Sequence record: NZ_CP024587.1
Direction: 5' to 3' (one strand)
Length of the DNA stretch: 64,000 bases
From: a plasmid
Shown one piece after another: positions 48,659 through 57,045 of the stretch. The position numbers were made by a program, and so were the translations under genes. Numbering within the stretch: position 1 is the first letter of the stretch; every line of letters starts with the position of its first letter. Under the pieces are notes generated by a model. The model was not told the DNA's origin, ran no database searches, and was given only the letters and a program-made list of their open reading frames with translations.

Positions 48659-49070
48659 TCATCTGCCGGCCCGCTGCCAGGACAGCGGCAGGCTCCCATC
48701 CTCCGCCCGCGTCGCCCCCGGCCGGACCGCGCAGACCTGCCGCTCCCCGCCCTGGGCCTGCACCACCGCCCCTTCCGAATAGCCCTGTCCCGCGAAAACG
48801 CACTCGGCCCGCGGCAGCGACGTCCGCTCCGACACGTTTCCCGACCGGCGCGGCGTCACATCGCTCTGGAAGGGCGCGCCGTCGAACGGTGCGCTGCTGA
48901 AGGGAGAGCTGCTGAACGGACCACTGGAGAGTGGCGGGGTCACGACCACGCCACCGCCGAAGGCCGGCGGCATCGCTCCACCCTCCGGCCCCACATACTG
49001 CGCCGGCGACGGCTGCGCCGCCGCCAGCACCGGCCCCAGCAACAGTGCCGATACCACCACAACCTGCCTC
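48659..49070 (-). CDS. Putative secreted protein (signal peptide), Gly/Pro/Ser-rich
   Basis: MRQVVVVSALLLGPVLAAAQP. Confidence 0.4.
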
Positions 49071-49309
49071 ATCCCGACCTCTCCCGGCACCCGGCATGCC
49101 CTCCGCACGCCATGGCCGCAGCCTCACCCCTCACCGTGCGAACCGGAAATCCGCGTCCTCGTCAGGCCGCCATTCGCATCGCCCGGCGTCAGCCTTGCCC
49201 CATGCCCGATGCCCTGCCAGACTTCCTCCGCCTCCTTCCCCCGGAAGCGGGCCCCTGTGTTCAAAACGAACACACCTCCCCGCCGCCTTCCGTCCAGCCG
49301 CCTTTTCCG

Positions 49310-49534
49310 ATGTCGGGACACCGACTGAGCCGGTGCCTCATCGTCATCGGCTGGAACGAGCGCGAGCTGGCCCGGCGCACCGGCCGTCACCAGACCCAGG
49401 TGCGCCGCTGGATCAAGGGCGAGAGCCCGATCCCTTCACCCGTCGCCGCCTGGATCACCGAGCTCGCCGATTTCATCGTGGCCCATCCGGGACCGCGCCT
49501 CGTCAGCGCGCTTTCGGCCACTTCCGGCCACTGA
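49310..49534 (+). CDS. XRE/Cro-type HTH transcriptional regulator (74 aa)
   Basis: LIVIGWNERELARRTGRHQTQVRRWIKGESPIP. Confidence 0.5.
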   Translation: MSGHRLSRCLIVIGWNERELARRTGRHQTQVRRWIKGESPIPSPVAAWITELADFIVAHPGPRLVSALSATSGH

Positions 49535-49774
49535 CCGCCAGGATCAGCACCACGAAGCCGATCGCCCCCCACCACCCCAGCTGGGCGACCTCGCGGGCCT
49601 GTGGCCCGTTCGCCATCAGCGCACCCAGCACGCAGAACACGGCCCCGGCCACGAACCAGGGCAGTCCTGGCGGCCCCCGCAGCGAACCGACGCGTCCGGC
49701 ACAGGATCGTAGCAGGCCGGAAAGGGATGCATCGCGAAAACGGCTGGCTGGCCATGGAGGCCAGCCAGCAGCCC

Positions 49775-50191
49775 TCAGCGCGGCGGCCGGATATAGTCGA
49801 AGCCCAGGCGGCCATTCGACATCATCGCCGGCACGCAGCGCACGCCGGGAGCGTTTCTGTTGACCCACGGCACCAGCACCCTCTGGTCAACCCATCCCGG
49901 CCGGCCATCGAGGTGCATCACCTCCAGGTAGCCGTTGCGTGCGACATGCGGGCTCTTGACGATCACCGAGATCGTCGCGATCCCCACCTGCGGGGCATTC
50001 GCCCGGGGCTCTGCCAGCACGCGTGGCAGTTGGTCCCATGTCGCCTCCTGGAAGCCGTCCCGCAGTCCCATGCACTCATAACCCGCGATATGGCCTGTCA
50101 CCTTGAGGCCGGCAGACGGCGCGCCTTGGGCATGGCCAGCGCCGCTCCAGGCACCCATCGCGAGCGCCAACAACAGAATGGTCTTCTTCAT
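49775..50191 (-). CDS. Putative secreted/periplasmic protein, 138 aa
   Basis: MKKTILLLALAMGAWSGAGHAQG signal peptide. Confidence 0.45.
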   Translation of the reverse strand: MKKTILLLALAMGAWSGAGHAQGAPSAGLKVTGHIAGYECMGLRDGFQEATWDQLPRVLAEPRANAPQVGIATISVIVKSPHVARNGYLEVMHLDGRPGWVDQRVLVPWVNRNAPGVRCVPAMMSNGRLGFDYIRPPR

Positions 50192-50194
50192 GTT

Positions 50195-51037
50195 CTAGCT
50201 TCCCAAAAGGACCGGCTGCGTGGCCGCGTCACCCATGCGCGCCGACATCATCGTCCTCCACTCTCCGACCGTGGTACTCCGCGTAATGCCGTTCTGGGTA
50301 AAGACCTTGTCGGAGGCATTGAACATGATCTGGCCCATGGTCTCGGACGAGGCCGCCTGGGCAATCGCAGCACTGTAGGACTGACCGAAGTTGTACCCAC
50401 CGCGCACGTCCAGCACCGTAGGATTGGAAACGCCGCTTTGCTGCAGGGTTTCGGCCAACGACCGCATGTAGGCGGCCGCGCTGTAGGCCTGGTTCCCGGC
50501 GTCCATCGACCCATCGACCCCACGCTCGATGGTCCCTGCCAGGCTCGAATTGTAGCTGATCGCCTGCGTCACCCCCCACTCATAGGTGGAATCCAGCATC
50601 TGGAACGCACCGCGTATGCCCGAAGCTGACCCGTTCACGCTCTGGCACTGGCTTTCCACCATGCAGGTCGCCGCCAGCGCCGAGGGGTTCACCCCCACCG
50701 CCGTCGCCGCTTCACTCGCCTGCGTTCCCCATGACCGCGAACTCATCAGGTCCAGCGCCGTGCTACCACCCGCCGCCGTCGCCCCGCTGCTGCCACTCCC
50801 GTCACCGGACCCGGTCCCCGAGCTGCTGGTGTCCGGCGTGACGGAACCCTGGGTCGGCGTGATCGTGAACGAGCCGAGCCCCAGCTCCATCACACGCGGG
50901 ATCACCTGCTCCGGCGCCCCGCTCATGCTGACCACGCCCGATTGTGCCAGCGCCGGCATGCCAGGCCCGGCCCCCATGGCCATGCCCAGCGCGATCGTCC
51001 AACCTCCCGCCCGGGAGCCCTCTCGATACCGCTTCAT
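50195..51037 (-). CDS. Lytic transglycosylase (SLT domain), VirB1-like, T4SS-associated
   Basis: ES...Q...GIRGAFQM catalytic motif, signal peptide, Ser/Gly-rich linker. Confidence 0.7.
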   Translation of the reverse strand: MKRYREGSRAGGWTIALGMAMGAGPGMPALAQSGVVSMSGAPEQVIPRVMELGLGSFTITPTQGSVTPDTSSSGTGSGDGSGSSGATAAGGSTALDLMSSRSWGTQASEAATAVGVNPSALAATCMVESQCQSVNGSASGIRGAFQMLDSTYEWGVTQAISYNSSLAGTIERGVDGSMDAGNQAYSAAAYMRSLAETLQQSGVSNPTVLDVRGGYNFGQSYSAAIAQAASSETMGQIMFNASDKVFTQNGITRSTTVGEWRTMMSARMGDAATQPVLLGS

Positions 51038-51118
51038 CGCCGTCGCCTCCTTCGCGACGGCGATGACCCTTCCAGATCGTGGTGCGAATGACGGCCGGCG
51101 TGAGCGCCGGCCGCTCCG

Positions 51119-51784
51119 TCACCGCCGCTCCTGCGCCGGCCCCTGCGGCCCCGGCGCGGGCTGCGGCGTGCCAAGCACATTCGCCGCCAGGCACCAGCCC
51201 CGGCCATCGGGGGCATGCACCACCCCGGCCCGGCAGCGTTCCACGCCGCTGACAGCGGCGTAGGTCTGCCAGTAGGAAAGCAGGAACCCCACCAGCAGCA
51301 CCGACCCGAACATCCCCGCACCCTGCAGGTAGAACAGCAGGCGCCGGCGCCGTTCATAGTGCCTGGCCTTGATGACCAGGGTGCCGCCGAGCTTGTCCAC
51401 CAGTCCCGGCGCCACCTTCGCGATCATGCTCTCGATCACCTGGTCCCGCTGCACCTCCGTCGCCGCCGCGGCGGCCTTCGCCTGCGCCGTCGCCGCTTCG
51501 GCCACCCGGATCGCCTCCCGAAGCTCCCGGATCTCGGCCTCGACCAGCGCCTTGGCTCCCTCCTGGGTATTCGCGACAGCCAAGGCCATCTCCGCCGCCA
51601 TGTCCCCGAAGGCCAGCTGGCTGCTGGTCATCGCGTGCAACAGGACGCTTTCGGGATGGCCGGGCCGGACGCCGAACTCGCTCATCGCGCGCCGCAGCTC
51701 TTCCGTGCGTTCGGCCAGGTTCGCCATCGCCGTCGTCACGATTTCCTCGGTGCCGCGCATTCCAGGCTTGATCGACCCGTCCAT
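51119..51784 (-). CDS. Membrane protein of the transfer region, unknown function
   Basis: Starts MDGSIKPG. C-terminal TM segment LLFYLQGAGMFGSVLLVGFLLSYW. Confidence 0.4.
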   Translation of the reverse strand: MDGSIKPGMRGTEEIVTTAMANLAERTEELRRAMSEFGVRPGHPESVLLHAMTSSQLAFGDMAAEMALAVANTQEGAKALVEAEIRELREAIRVAEAATAQAKAAAAATEVQRDQVIESMIAKVAPGLVDKLGGTLVIKARHYERRRRLLFYLQGAGMFGSVLLVGFLLSYWQTYAAVSGVERCRAGVVHAPDGRGWCLAANVLGTPQPAPGPQGPAQERR

Positions 51785-51785
51785 G

Positions 51786-52628
51786 TCACGAGCCCTTTCC
51801 CGGTGCAGGGATGTGCGGCATCCAGGCCGCCGGGATGCGCCCGAAGAACGCCGGCATCTCCTTCTCCCACCAGAGCGCCGTCCGCTCTTGGTCGAAGAAC
51901 GACGTGTCCTCGTGGCCTTCGGCCTGGACGTCATTGGCCATGTCCTCGAAGGTCAGCCCCCGCTTGGTCACCTCGCTCATGCAGCTCAGGGACGGCATGA
52001 CCACCGTCTCGGCCCCGGTACCCAGCGCGGCAATCATCGCCGGGTGCGCTCTCACCTCCTGAAACGCGACCGCCGACGAGTTGCCCGACGTGATGAGCCC
52101 CTCGTTCATCACCATGAGCGTCGCCTTCGGCATGAAGGTCCGGCTCTCCATGAAGCGTCTCAGGTAGTCGAGGTCCGCGGGGTCCGGACCGAGCAGGTGA
52201 ATGCCGACCACCCGGATCTTGCGTCGCTCCAACGCCTCCACCAGCCGCAACTCCTGGACCAGGCGGTTCAGCGCGGTCTCGCCGCCGCCCACATCGAGGA
52301 TCACGTCATACCGGTGCCGCGTCTGGTCGCGAATGCGCTCCTCCAGCCAGTCCACGACATCCGACATCGAACCCGACGGGGCGGAGACCGCATCGCCATG
52401 GAAGGCCGTGAGGTTGTTCGTCGTGTTCTGGTGGTCCGCGTTCCATACCTGAAGGTTTGCCCCTCGCTTCCTGTAGTATTGGGCCGTTGCATTGAGCAGC
52501 GTGGTCTTCCCGACCCGCTGCCGCCCAACCGCCACGATGGTCACGGGCATGAGCTCCGCTCCAGCGGCATCCATCGGCGGGGCGTCCATGGTCGTCGTCA
52601 TGTGCTCGGATCCCTTTCTCGCCATCAC
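51786..52628 (-). CDS. P-loop NTPase, possibly a TraL-like conjugative transfer ATPase
   Basis: Walker A GRQRVGKTT. Walker B-like VILDVGGGE. ATGA-coupled to the upstream gene. Confidence 0.5.
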   Translation of the reverse strand: MMARKGSEHMTTTMDAPPMDAAGAELMPVTIVAVGRQRVGKTTLLNATAQYYRKRGANLQVWNADHQNTTNNLTAFHGDAVSAPSGSMSDVVDWLEERIRDQTRHRYDVILDVGGGETALNRLVQELRLVEALERRKIRVVGIHLLGPDPADLDYLRRFMESRTFMPKATLMVMNEGLITSGNSSAVAFQEVRAHPAMIAALGTGAETVVMPSLSCMSEVTKRGLTFEDMANDVQAEGHEDTSFFDQERTALWWEKEMPAFFGRIPAAWMPHIPAPGKGS

Positions 52629-53200
52629 GGCTTCTTCCTCGTCACCGGCATGCCCATCCAGGCATCCGTTCGCCTGAACTGCTCGTCCAGCAGCCTCTGG
52701 TTCCTCGCGATACGTTCCTCCGGCGTCTCATTGGGCGGGATGACGCAGCTCGGAACCTTGGGGAGTGGCAGGGCGCTGTCCGGCACCTCGGCAAAGCTGG
52801 GCCTCGGCGCTTCCTTGGTGACATGGCCCGATGCGAACGGCGCGGCGGTCGGAGGCTTCGAACGGTTGCCTTCCGCCGAAGGGGGGTGTGCAGAGATGCG
52901 CCTTTTGGCCTTGCCCACTCGGCTTCTTGCCTCCTGCTGGGTCTCGGCGCGTTCCTTCCGGCGGCAAACCACAGCCCATGTTCTGGCTACCTGCCAGCGA
53001 GATGCTTTGCCGCCATACCTGCCGGAAGCTCCCGCCACGCGGATGCGCTCGCTGATCGCGTCCCAGCCGACAAAGCCTGTCCTCATGCTTTCCTGAATCG
53101 CTGCGTGGTTGTCCCAGAGCCACTGGAAGATGGCACCGTCCGCCTCGCGTCGCCGCTCCTTGAGAGCAGCCGTAAGCTGTAGGTCTTTCCACTTCGCCAT
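52625..53200 (-). CDS. Hypothetical basic protein (about 191 aa), candidate relaxosome accessory / oriT-binding protein
   Basis: Starts MAKWKDLQLTAALKERR. First gene divergent from the repeat-rich oriT-like region. The remainder of the longer reverse frame lies inside that repeat region. Confidence 0.4.
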   Translation of the reverse strand: MAKWKDLQLTAALKERRREADGAIFQWLWDNHAAIQESMRTGFVGWDAISERIRVAGASGRYGGKASRWQVARTWAVVCRRKERAETQQEARSRVGKAKRRISAHPPSAEGNRSKPPTAAPFASGHVTKEAPRPSFAEVPDSALPLPKVPSCVIPPNETPEERIARNQRLLDEQFRRTDAWMGMPVTRKKP

Positions 53201-53290
53201 CGGCGCTACGTCCTGCTGCCGAAGGCACAGGATGAGATCTTGCCGTATCGCGACGCCAAGGCGCCGCCTGATATGCGAGCGGCTATTGGG

Positions 53291-53378
53291 CATCGGGCGA
53301 GCATCGCGAGGGCATCGGGCGAGCATCGCGGAGGCGTCGGGCGAGCATCGCGGGAGCATCGGGCGAGCGCCGCCCGAG
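53291..53378. repeat. Four tandem roughly 22-bp direct repeats (CATCGGGCGAGCATCGCGRGG) in the divergent intergenic region between the accessory gene and the relaxase operon; oriT/iteron candidate
   Basis: Read directly. Followed by the IR CGGGCC-TGC-GGCCCG at about 53465-53480. Confidence 0.45.
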
Positions 53379-53556
53379 TTTCGCGGGAGCGCCGCTCGGT
53401 CAGCCGATGTGCGGGTGGCGAGCAGGTAGACAGGCAGCTCCATACACCATTGCACCCTATGTGCGCGGGCCTGCGGCCCGATCCCCTTTCCGACACGTCG
53501 GATTCTCCGTTCGCATGGACCATCGGCAGGCTCTTCCCCGGTCAAAGGAGAGCCCC

Positions 53557-53874
53557 ATGGACGGCGCAGCCAACACCACCCCGATGCGAACGGCGGAAAC
53601 GGAAAGCAGGATCCTCGATCTGCTGCAGGAACACGGCGTCATCCTGCGGACCCAGAGCGAGCAGCTGGCCGCGATCCTCAAGGCCCTGACGCCCCCGCCG
53701 CAGGAAGGGCCCACCACGAGCGAAATGCTGCAGGCCATCATCGCCCTGCTGGGCGAGCACACCACGCTGCTGCAGGACAACAACGGCCACATCCTGGCCC
53801 TCCCGGCCTCCCTGCCGGGGCTGGTCGCCCGCGAGATCCGCCGCGGCCAGCGCCTCGGGGATCTCGCCGAATGA
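53557..53874 (+). CDS. Small protein (105 aa) immediately upstream of and ATGA-coupled to the relaxase; candidate relaxosome accessory (TraC/TraD-like)
   Basis: AAAGGAGAG RBS. Confidence 0.45.
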   Translation: MDGAANTTPMRTAETESRILDLLQEHGVILRTQSEQLAAILKALTPPPQEGPTTSEMLQAIIALLGEHTTLLQDNNGHILALPASLPGLVAREIRRGQRLGDLAE

Positions 53875-56800
53875 TGACCTTCCGCAAGCTCTCGGCCGCC
53901 GGCTCGGGCAAGCTGCTCCGCGCCTACTTCACCGAGAACACCCCCGAACCCGCGCGCGACCCGGCGACGACCCCGGGCCGACACCTCGACCCCGGCGGCC
54001 GCCTGACCGCCTACTACACCGGCCGCGACAGCCGCGCCTCCTGGCGGCCCGACATGCCCCGCGCCATCGCCAATGCCCTCGGCATCGACACCACCCGCAT
54101 GCCGAAGGACGAGGCCCTCGACCGGCTGTTCGAGGCCAGGCGCGCCGACACCGGCGAGGCCTGGTCCGACCAGAAGCGCGAGATCAGCGCCTACGACCTG
54201 ACGCTCGCGCCGCACAAGTCGGTCTCCCTGGCCGCCGAGTTCGCCGCCACCCCGGCCGAGCGCGCCGCCATCTGGTTCGCCATCGACCGCGCCAACGATG
54301 CCACCATGCGCTACGTCGCCCGCGAGCTGGGCTGGGCCCGCAAGGGCAAGGGCGGCTCCCTCGGCGCCGATCCGGGGGCGGTCGGATGGGTCAGCTTCCG
54401 CCACCACACCGCCCGCCCCACCGTCACCGTCCGCGACGGCAAGGCCGGCCCCACCTACCTCGCCGAGGTCACCAGCATGGCCGGCGACCCCCATGCCCAC
54501 ATCCACAACGCCCTGTTCAACGCCGTCGTGACCGAGGACGGCCGCGTCGGCTCCCTCGACACCCAGCGCCTCCATGCCCGGGTCCACGAGTTCGGCGCCT
54601 ACTTCCAGGCCCGGCTGGCCGACCACCTGCGCGAATTGGGCGCCCGCGTCTCCTACGACCGCCAGCAGCAGGCGGCGGTGCTCGACGCCATCCCCCAGGC
54701 GGCCTCCGACCTCTTCTCCAAGGGCCGCCGCCAGGTCGAGCGCTCCGCCCGGGCCTACGCCAGCAGCCAGGGCCTCGACTGGGACACCCTCTCGGCCGAG
54801 GGCAAGTTCAAAATCCTGGCCACCTCCGGCCTCGCCGCCCGTCTCGACAAGAACGCCGCCAAGGGCGACCGGGAGACCTGGCTGGCCCAGGCCGAGGCCA
54901 TCGGCTGGCGCCACGTCACCGTCATGGAGGAGGTGGAGCACACCCGCCTCCCCGACGCCGAGCGCCTCGACCGCGCCTACCGCTTCGCCGCCCGGCACCT
55001 GGCCACCGAGTTCCACACCGCCGCCGTCATCGACCACGACCGGCTGCGCCTCCACGCCGCCCGCGGCCTGATCGGCACCGGCATCGGCGGCGGCACCGGC
55101 GACATCGACCGGGTGGTCGAGCTGATCGAGCAGCGCGGCATCACCCTGCGCGGCGAGCACGTCGCCCTGCTCGTCGGCCTCTCCGGAGACAAGGTGCGGG
55201 TGACCAACACCGCCCAGCTGCGGCTGGAGGAGAGCCTGCAGGCCCAGGCCCACCGTGCCGCCCGCGATCGCTCGGGCGCCCTCCCGGCCGCCGCCATCAC
55301 CGCCGCGATCGACGCCGCCATCCGCGCCGGGCGGATCGACCTCACCCGCGAGCCCGCCCAGGCCGCCGCCCAGCGCGCGGCCATCTACGCCCTCGGCCAG
55401 GGCGGCGCCCTGTCCATGCTCACCGGCGTCGCCGGTGCCGGCAAGACCACCCTGCTGCAGCCGCTCGTGGCCGCCTGGAAGGCCGACACCCGCTTCGGCG
55501 CCGGCGGGCGCGAGGTGATCGGCGCGGCGACCGCCTGGCGCCAGGCCAGCGCCCTGGGTGATGCCGGCATCGAGCATACCGTGGCCATGGACCCGCTGCT
55601 GCGGAGCATCGAGGCCGGCCGCCTGGTGCCGACCCGCAACACGGTGCTGGTGATCGACGAGGTGAGCCAGGTCGCCCCGCGCGCCCTGCTGCGGCTGCTG
55701 GAGGTGCAGGCCCGCACCGGCATGACCATCAAGGTGCTGGGCGACCGCGAGCAGGCGCAGTCGGTCGAGGCGGGCGACGCGGTGGAGCTGATGCGCCGCG
55801 CCCTGCCCCGCTCCGAGCAGGCCGAGCTCCTCGACACCGTGCGGCAGGCCAGCCAGGAGGACCGCCACGTCGCCGGCCTGTTCCGCGAGGGCCGCGCCGC
55901 GGAGGCGCTGGCCCTCAAGCGGGCCCGCGGCGACGGCTCCGCCCGGCTGCTGGGCGGCGACCAGGACCAGGTGGTCGAGCAGATCGCCGACCTCTACATG
56001 GCCCGGCGCGACGCCCTGCTGGCCGCCGGCTCGAAGCTCGGCGTCACCATCTCGGCCCCCACCAACGAGGACGTGGCCGAGATCAGCCGCGCCATCCGCG
56101 GCCGCATGAAGGCCCGCGGCGAGATCGGCGCCGACGAGGTGGCCTACCAGGCGATCGACCAGCGCGGCGAGACCTACGACCTGCCGATCGCCACCGGCGA
56201 CAGGGTGCGCCTGTTCAGCCGCACCTGGGCGACGCTACCGGACGGGAAGCACACCTACATCGGCGCCAATGGCGACGTGCTGACCGTGGTCGGGCAGAGC
56301 CAACAGGGCCTGCGGCTGCGCAACAAGGACGGGTTGGTCGGTGACGTCGAATGGCAGCGGCTGCAGGACCGGGCGACGGGGCGGCTGCAGCTGGGCTTCG
56401 GGCATGCGCTGACGGTGGACGCGGCCCAGGGCATCACCTCGGCCGAGCACATCGACGCCCTGCCGCGCGGCACCGCCGGCGTCACCGCCTTCAAGGGCTA
56501 CGTCGCCGAGAGCCGCGCCAAAGGGACGACCTGGACCCTGATCTCCGAGGCCGCCACCTTCGAGGCGATCAAGCGTGGCCGGGCGCTGGGCGACGCCACC
56601 CCGATCACCAGCGAGGACCTCTGGGCCAAGGCGGCCGAGGGCCTGTCGCAGAAGCCCTACAAGCCGCTCGGCAGCGACCTGCTGGAGGACATGCGCGCGA
56701 GCCGCGAGAAGGCCACCAGCGCCTTCATCCGCTTCTCGCACCGCATGGAGATGGCGGAGCACCAGGGCCGCGACTTCGCCCGCGAAGTCCGCGACCACCG

Positions 56801-56993
56801 CGAGGCGATGGCCATCCAGGCCGAGATGCCGCGCAACCTCACCGCGCTGGACGAGGCGCTGCGGCAGATGCGGGGCGGCGCCGTCACGCCGGCGGAGGAG
56901 CACCTGCGGCGGCTGCGCGTCGAGACCGAAGTGGCGCGACGGGAGATCGAGGCATCGGTCCGCCCGTCGTCGCCCTCTGCAGCGGTAGGGTGA
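53871..56993 (+). CDS. traA: MOBF-family relaxase with C-terminal SF1 helicase (TrwC/TraA-like)
   Basis: Relaxase motif III-like HHTARP...GDPHAHIHNALFN (His triad). Walker A GVAGAGKTT about 500 aa in. 1040 aa. Confidence 0.85.
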   Translation: MMTFRKLSAAGSGKLLRAYFTENTPEPARDPATTPGRHLDPGGRLTAYYTGRDSRASWRPDMPRAIANALGIDTTRMPKDEALDRLFEARRADTGEAWSDQKREISAYDLTLAPHKSVSLAAEFAATPAERAAIWFAIDRANDATMRYVARELGWARKGKGGSLGADPGAVGWVSFRHHTARPTVTVRDGKAGPTYLAEVTSMAGDPHAHIHNALFNAVVTEDGRVGSLDTQRLHARVHEFGAYFQARLADHLRELGARVSYDRQQQAAVLDAIPQAASDLFSKGRRQVERSARAYASSQGLDWDTLSAEGKFKILATSGLAARLDKNAAKGDRETWLAQAEAIGWRHVTVMEEVEHTRLPDAERLDRAYRFAARHLATEFHTAAVIDHDRLRLHAARGLIGTGIGGGTGDIDRVVELIEQRGITLRGEHVALLVGLSGDKVRVTNTAQLRLEESLQAQAHRAARDRSGALPAAAITAAIDAAIRAGRIDLTREPAQAAAQRAAIYALGQGGALSMLTGVAGAGKTTLLQPLVAAWKADTRFGAGGREVIGAATAWRQASALGDAGIEHTVAMDPLLRSIEAGRLVPTRNTVLVIDEVSQVAPRALLRLLEVQARTGMTIKVLGDREQAQSVEAGDAVELMRRALPRSEQAELLDTVRQASQEDRHVAGLFREGRAAEALALKRARGDGSARLLGGDQDQVVEQIADLYMARRDALLAAGSKLGVTISAPTNEDVAEISRAIRGRMKARGEIGADEVAYQAIDQRGETYDLPIATGDRVRLFSRTWATLPDGKHTYIGANGDVLTVVGQSQQGLRLRNKDGLVGDVEWQRLQDRATGRLQLGFGHALTVDAAQGITSAEHIDALPRGTAGVTAFKGYVAESRAKGTTWTLISEAATFEAIKRGRALGDATPITSEDLWAKAAEGLSQKPYKPLGSDLLEDMRASREKATSAFIRFSHRMEMAEHQGRDFAREVRDHREAMAIQAEMPRNLTALDEALRQMRGGAVTPAEEHLRRLRVETEVARREIEASVRPSSPSAAVG

Positions 56994-57045
56994 CGGGTTC
57001 GGGGCTTATGGAGGAAGGCCGGCCGGGTGGGATGGGAGCCTTGCA

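Noticed and set aside
49503-49868. 121-aa minus-strand ORF overlapping the XRE-HTH gene
   Set aside because: Only the last about 37 codons (hydrophobic MANGPQ...ILAVSGRKWPKAR) look gene-like and it overlaps 49310-49534. Too uncertain to call. A small membrane peptide here is possible but unsupported.
53291-53378. Possible CRISPR array
   Set aside because: Only four roughly 22-bp direct repeats with no unique spacers between them and no cas genes. It behaves like iterons or binding sites, not a CRISPR array.
53240-53689. 149-aa plus-strand ORF with repetitive RASGEHRG... sequence
   Set aside because: It is the translation of the four tandem 22-bp DNA repeats in the oriT-like region. There is no RBS, and it overlaps the start of the real small gene at 53557.
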